A stretch of 50,296 nucleotides of DNA, taken from assembly GCA_029573155.1 (NCBI GenBank), contig JAKQHE010000164.1, forward strand, positions 1 through 50,296, given 5' to 3'. Below, piece by piece: positions 48,564 to 50,296 of the stretch (position 1 is its first letter; every line of letters starts with the position of its first letter). This stretch comes from a bacterium. GTDB taxonomy: Bacteria > UBP6 > UBA1177 > JAKLFG01. The position numbers and the translations under genes were made by a program. The notes beneath the pieces were generated by a model. It had not been told where the DNA came from. It ran no database searches and saw only the letters and a list, made by a program, of their open reading frames with translations.

Positions 48564-50296
48564 TTACTCGAAATAGAGCGCCCGCACGATCTCTTCGAAC
48601 GATGTCGCGCCGCCCGCGAGTTTCCGTATCGCCGCGTCACGCAGGGTGACCATGCCGTCGAGCACCGCGTTCTGCCGTATCTCGTCGGTCGTCGCGCGGT
48701 TCGCGATGAGCCGCCCTATCTTGCCCGACACCGGCATGTACTCCATGATGGCGGTGCGCCCCTTGTAGCCGGTGTAACGGCACTTGACGCACCCCTCGGA
48801 GCCCTTGATGCGGTAACGGCTCTCGATGGGGAGTTTCAGGGCGATCTTCTCCTCTTCGGTCATGTCGCGGTCGAACGAACAGGCGGTGCAGAGTTTCCGC
48901 ACCAGCCGCTGGGCGAGCACGCCGTTGAGCATCGAGGAGAGGAGGAACGGCTCGACGCCGAGGTCGATGAGCCGCTCCACCGTGCTCGCGGTGTCGTTGG
49001 TGTGGAGCGTCGAGAACACGAGGTGCCCGGTGAGCGCCGCCTGCACCGCGTTGTCGGCCGTCTCCTTGTCGCGTATCTCGCCGACCATGATGATGTCGGG
49101 GTCCTGACGCAGGATGTGGCGGAGCGCCGACGAGAAGGTGATACCCGCCTTGGTGTTCACCCCGATCTGGTTGATGTCCTCTATCACGATCTCGATGGGG
49201 TCCTCGATGGAGACGATGTTGACATCGGGCTTGGCGAGTTCCTTGAGCGTCGAGTAGAGCGTGGTCGACTTACCGCTCCCGGTCGGGCCGGTGACGAGTA
49301 GCATGCCGTACCCTTTCTGCATGCCGCCGCGCCACGCATCCAGTTGCGCCTCTTCGAACCCTATCTCTTCGAGCGGCCGCACGAAGTGGCCCGATTCGAG
49401 GATGCGCAGGACCATCTTCTCGCCGTACACGGCGGGCACGGTGCTCGCGCGCAGTTCGACCTCCTGCGCCTCGTCGAGCAGGAGTTTGATGCGGCCGTCC
49501 TGCGGGCGCCGCTTCTCGGCGATGTCCATGCGGGCGAGCATCTTGAGCCGCGACAGGAACGGGGCGTGCGCCTGTATCGGGAAGTTGTATATCGTCTGCA
49601 TCACGCCGTCGAGCCGGAACCGGATGACGGTCTCGTCGCGCTTCGGCTCGATGTGGATGTCGCTCGCCCCCTGCTCCACGGCGTACCGGAGCATGTAGTC
49701 GACCGCGTTGACGATGTGTTTGTCGTCGAGTTGACCGCTCGCGACGATGCTCGTCAACTGCTCTATCGAGGCGTAGGCATCGCGGGTCCGCTCCTTGGCG
49801 GCCGCCTTGATGGACCGCTTGAAGCCGAACAGGTCGCCGAGTATCTTCTCTATGGACGACGGCGAAGCGACCACCGGCACGACCGGCCGACCGGCGGCCG
49901 ACCGCAACTGATCGACGATCTCCATCCTGAACGGGTCGGCCATCGCGATGACGACGGCGCCATCCTCCTCATAGAGCGGGAGGACGAAATGGGAACGGCC
50001 GTAGGGCAGCGATATGATCGAGGTGACCAGTTGCGAATCTATCTTGAGCGGGTCGGGCACGACATAGTCGCAGCCGGCGCGGCCCGCGACGAGCCGCAGG
50101 AGCGTCTCCTCCTCGACCGTCACCCCCTCCTCGCGGCACATGAAGAGCACAAGGTCGGTCACGAACGGGTCTTTTTTGAAGCGGTCGCGATACTGGGCCT
50201 CGTAGTACCCGCGCTTGGCGACGAACAGTTCCGTCTTCTCGTGCGGCAGGATCCGATATTCCTCCAGAAGGCCGCACAGGAACTCGAGCGTCAGCG
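48564..50296 (-). CDS. Second GspE/PilB-family secretion ATPase; partial, N-terminus lies beyond the window
   Basis: Walker A GPTGSGKST, …ILRQDPDIIMVGEIRD…, …TGHLVFSTLHTND… and tetracysteine CTAC…CVKC. The ORF track starts it at the GTG at 50162. The same frame stays open to nt 50296, translating …LTLEFLCGLLEEYRILPHEKTELFVAKRGYYEAQYRDRFKKDPFVTDLV…, so the gene most likely continues past the edge. Confidence 0.85.
   Translation of the reverse strand, partial: LTLEFLCGLLEEYRILPHEKTELFVAKRGYYEAQYRDRFKKDPFVTDLVLFMCREEGVTVEEETLLRLVAGRAGCDYVVPDPLKIDSQLVTSIISLPYGRSHFVLPLYEEDGAVVIAMADPFRMEIVDQLRSAAGRPVVPVVASPSSIEKILGDLFGFKRSIKAAAKERTRDAYASIEQLTSIVASGQLDDKHIVNAVDYMLRYAVEQGASDIHIEPKRDETVIRFRLDGVMQTIYNFPIQAHAPFLSRLKMLARMDIAEKRRPQDGRIKLLLDEAQEVELRASTVPAVYGEKMVLRILESGHFVRPLEEIGFEEAQLDAWRGGMQKGYGMLLVTGPTGSGKSTTLYSTLKELAKPDVNIVSIEDPIEIVIEDINQIGVNTKAGITFSSALRHILRQDPDIIMVGEIRDKETADNAVQAALTGHLVFSTLHTNDTASTVERLIDLGVEPFLLSSMLNGVLAQRLVRKLCTACSFDRDMTEEEKIALKLPIESRYRIKGSEGCVKCRYTGYKGRTAIMEYMPVSGKIGRLIANRATTDEIRQNAVLDGMVTLRDAAIRKLAGGATSFEEIVRALYFE

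Noticed and set aside
50163-50296. Region upstream of the GTG at 50162 as an intergenic or promoter region, and the 102-aa ORF at 49969-50277(-)
   Set aside because: The ATPase reading frame stays open through to the window edge with protein-like sequence. The 102-aa ORF is in another frame, is Arg/Pro/Gly-rich and overlaps it.

Overview
This is a densely coding, high-GC bacterial segment. Hand-sampled 60-nt lines give about 57-67% GC for most genes. It appears to come from a diderm organism of uncertain phylum, judging by the T2SS, an OMP ending in Phe and many Cys-lipobox proteins. I support about 40 CDS, one riboswitch, several in-frame tandem repeats and a handful of sigma70-like promoters. 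I saw no rRNA, tRNA, CRISPR array, transposase or integrase.

Layout:
(1) 1-176 holds the 3' end of a PA-domain-like gene.
(2) 180-14371 (minus strand) holds a complete type II secretion operon, gspC-D-E-F-G-H-I-J-K-L-M-N. It is tightly translationally coupled and ends in a coupled NTF2-like lipoprotein. No prepilin peptidase or recognisable pilotin is present.
(3) 14501-18395 (minus strand, directly upstream of gspC) holds a 1000-aa TonB-dependent-receptor-like OMP with an N-terminal (Pro-Ala)n tract, plus a lipoprotein.
(4) 18.6-27.4 kb holds a Zn-ribbon orphan, a DUF465 gene, tsaB, rseP, dnaX coupled to a large GT-C-like membrane protein, and an S10 serine-carboxypeptidase-like lipoprotein.
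(5) 27.5-30.8 kb holds a gene pair: a HEAT-repeat protein and a catalytically degenerate HD-GYP protein. They appear to share an N-terminal domain.
(6) 30.84-30.97 kb holds a ydaO-class c-di-AMP riboswitch in front of an orphan KtrB/TrkH K+ transporter.
(7) 32.5-41.4 kb holds metG, yqeY, an ankyrin lipoprotein, ychF, a CDF transporter, gmk, rel/spoT and dapA.
(8) 41.4-48.5 kb holds a triple-Kazal lipoprotein, a divergent (QTDDI)6/EGF-like lipoprotein, a GH13 lipoprotein, a GAF-HD-GYP protein and an aminotransferase.
(9) 48564 to the window end holds a second GspE/PilB-type ATPase that runs off the edge.

The most unusual content is the uncharacterised accessory genes bracketing the T2SS, the degenerate HD-GYP/HEAT pair, the cysteine-rich lipoprotein pair, and a recurring cyclic-nucleotide signalling theme. 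None of these is demonstrably a new system from sequence alone.
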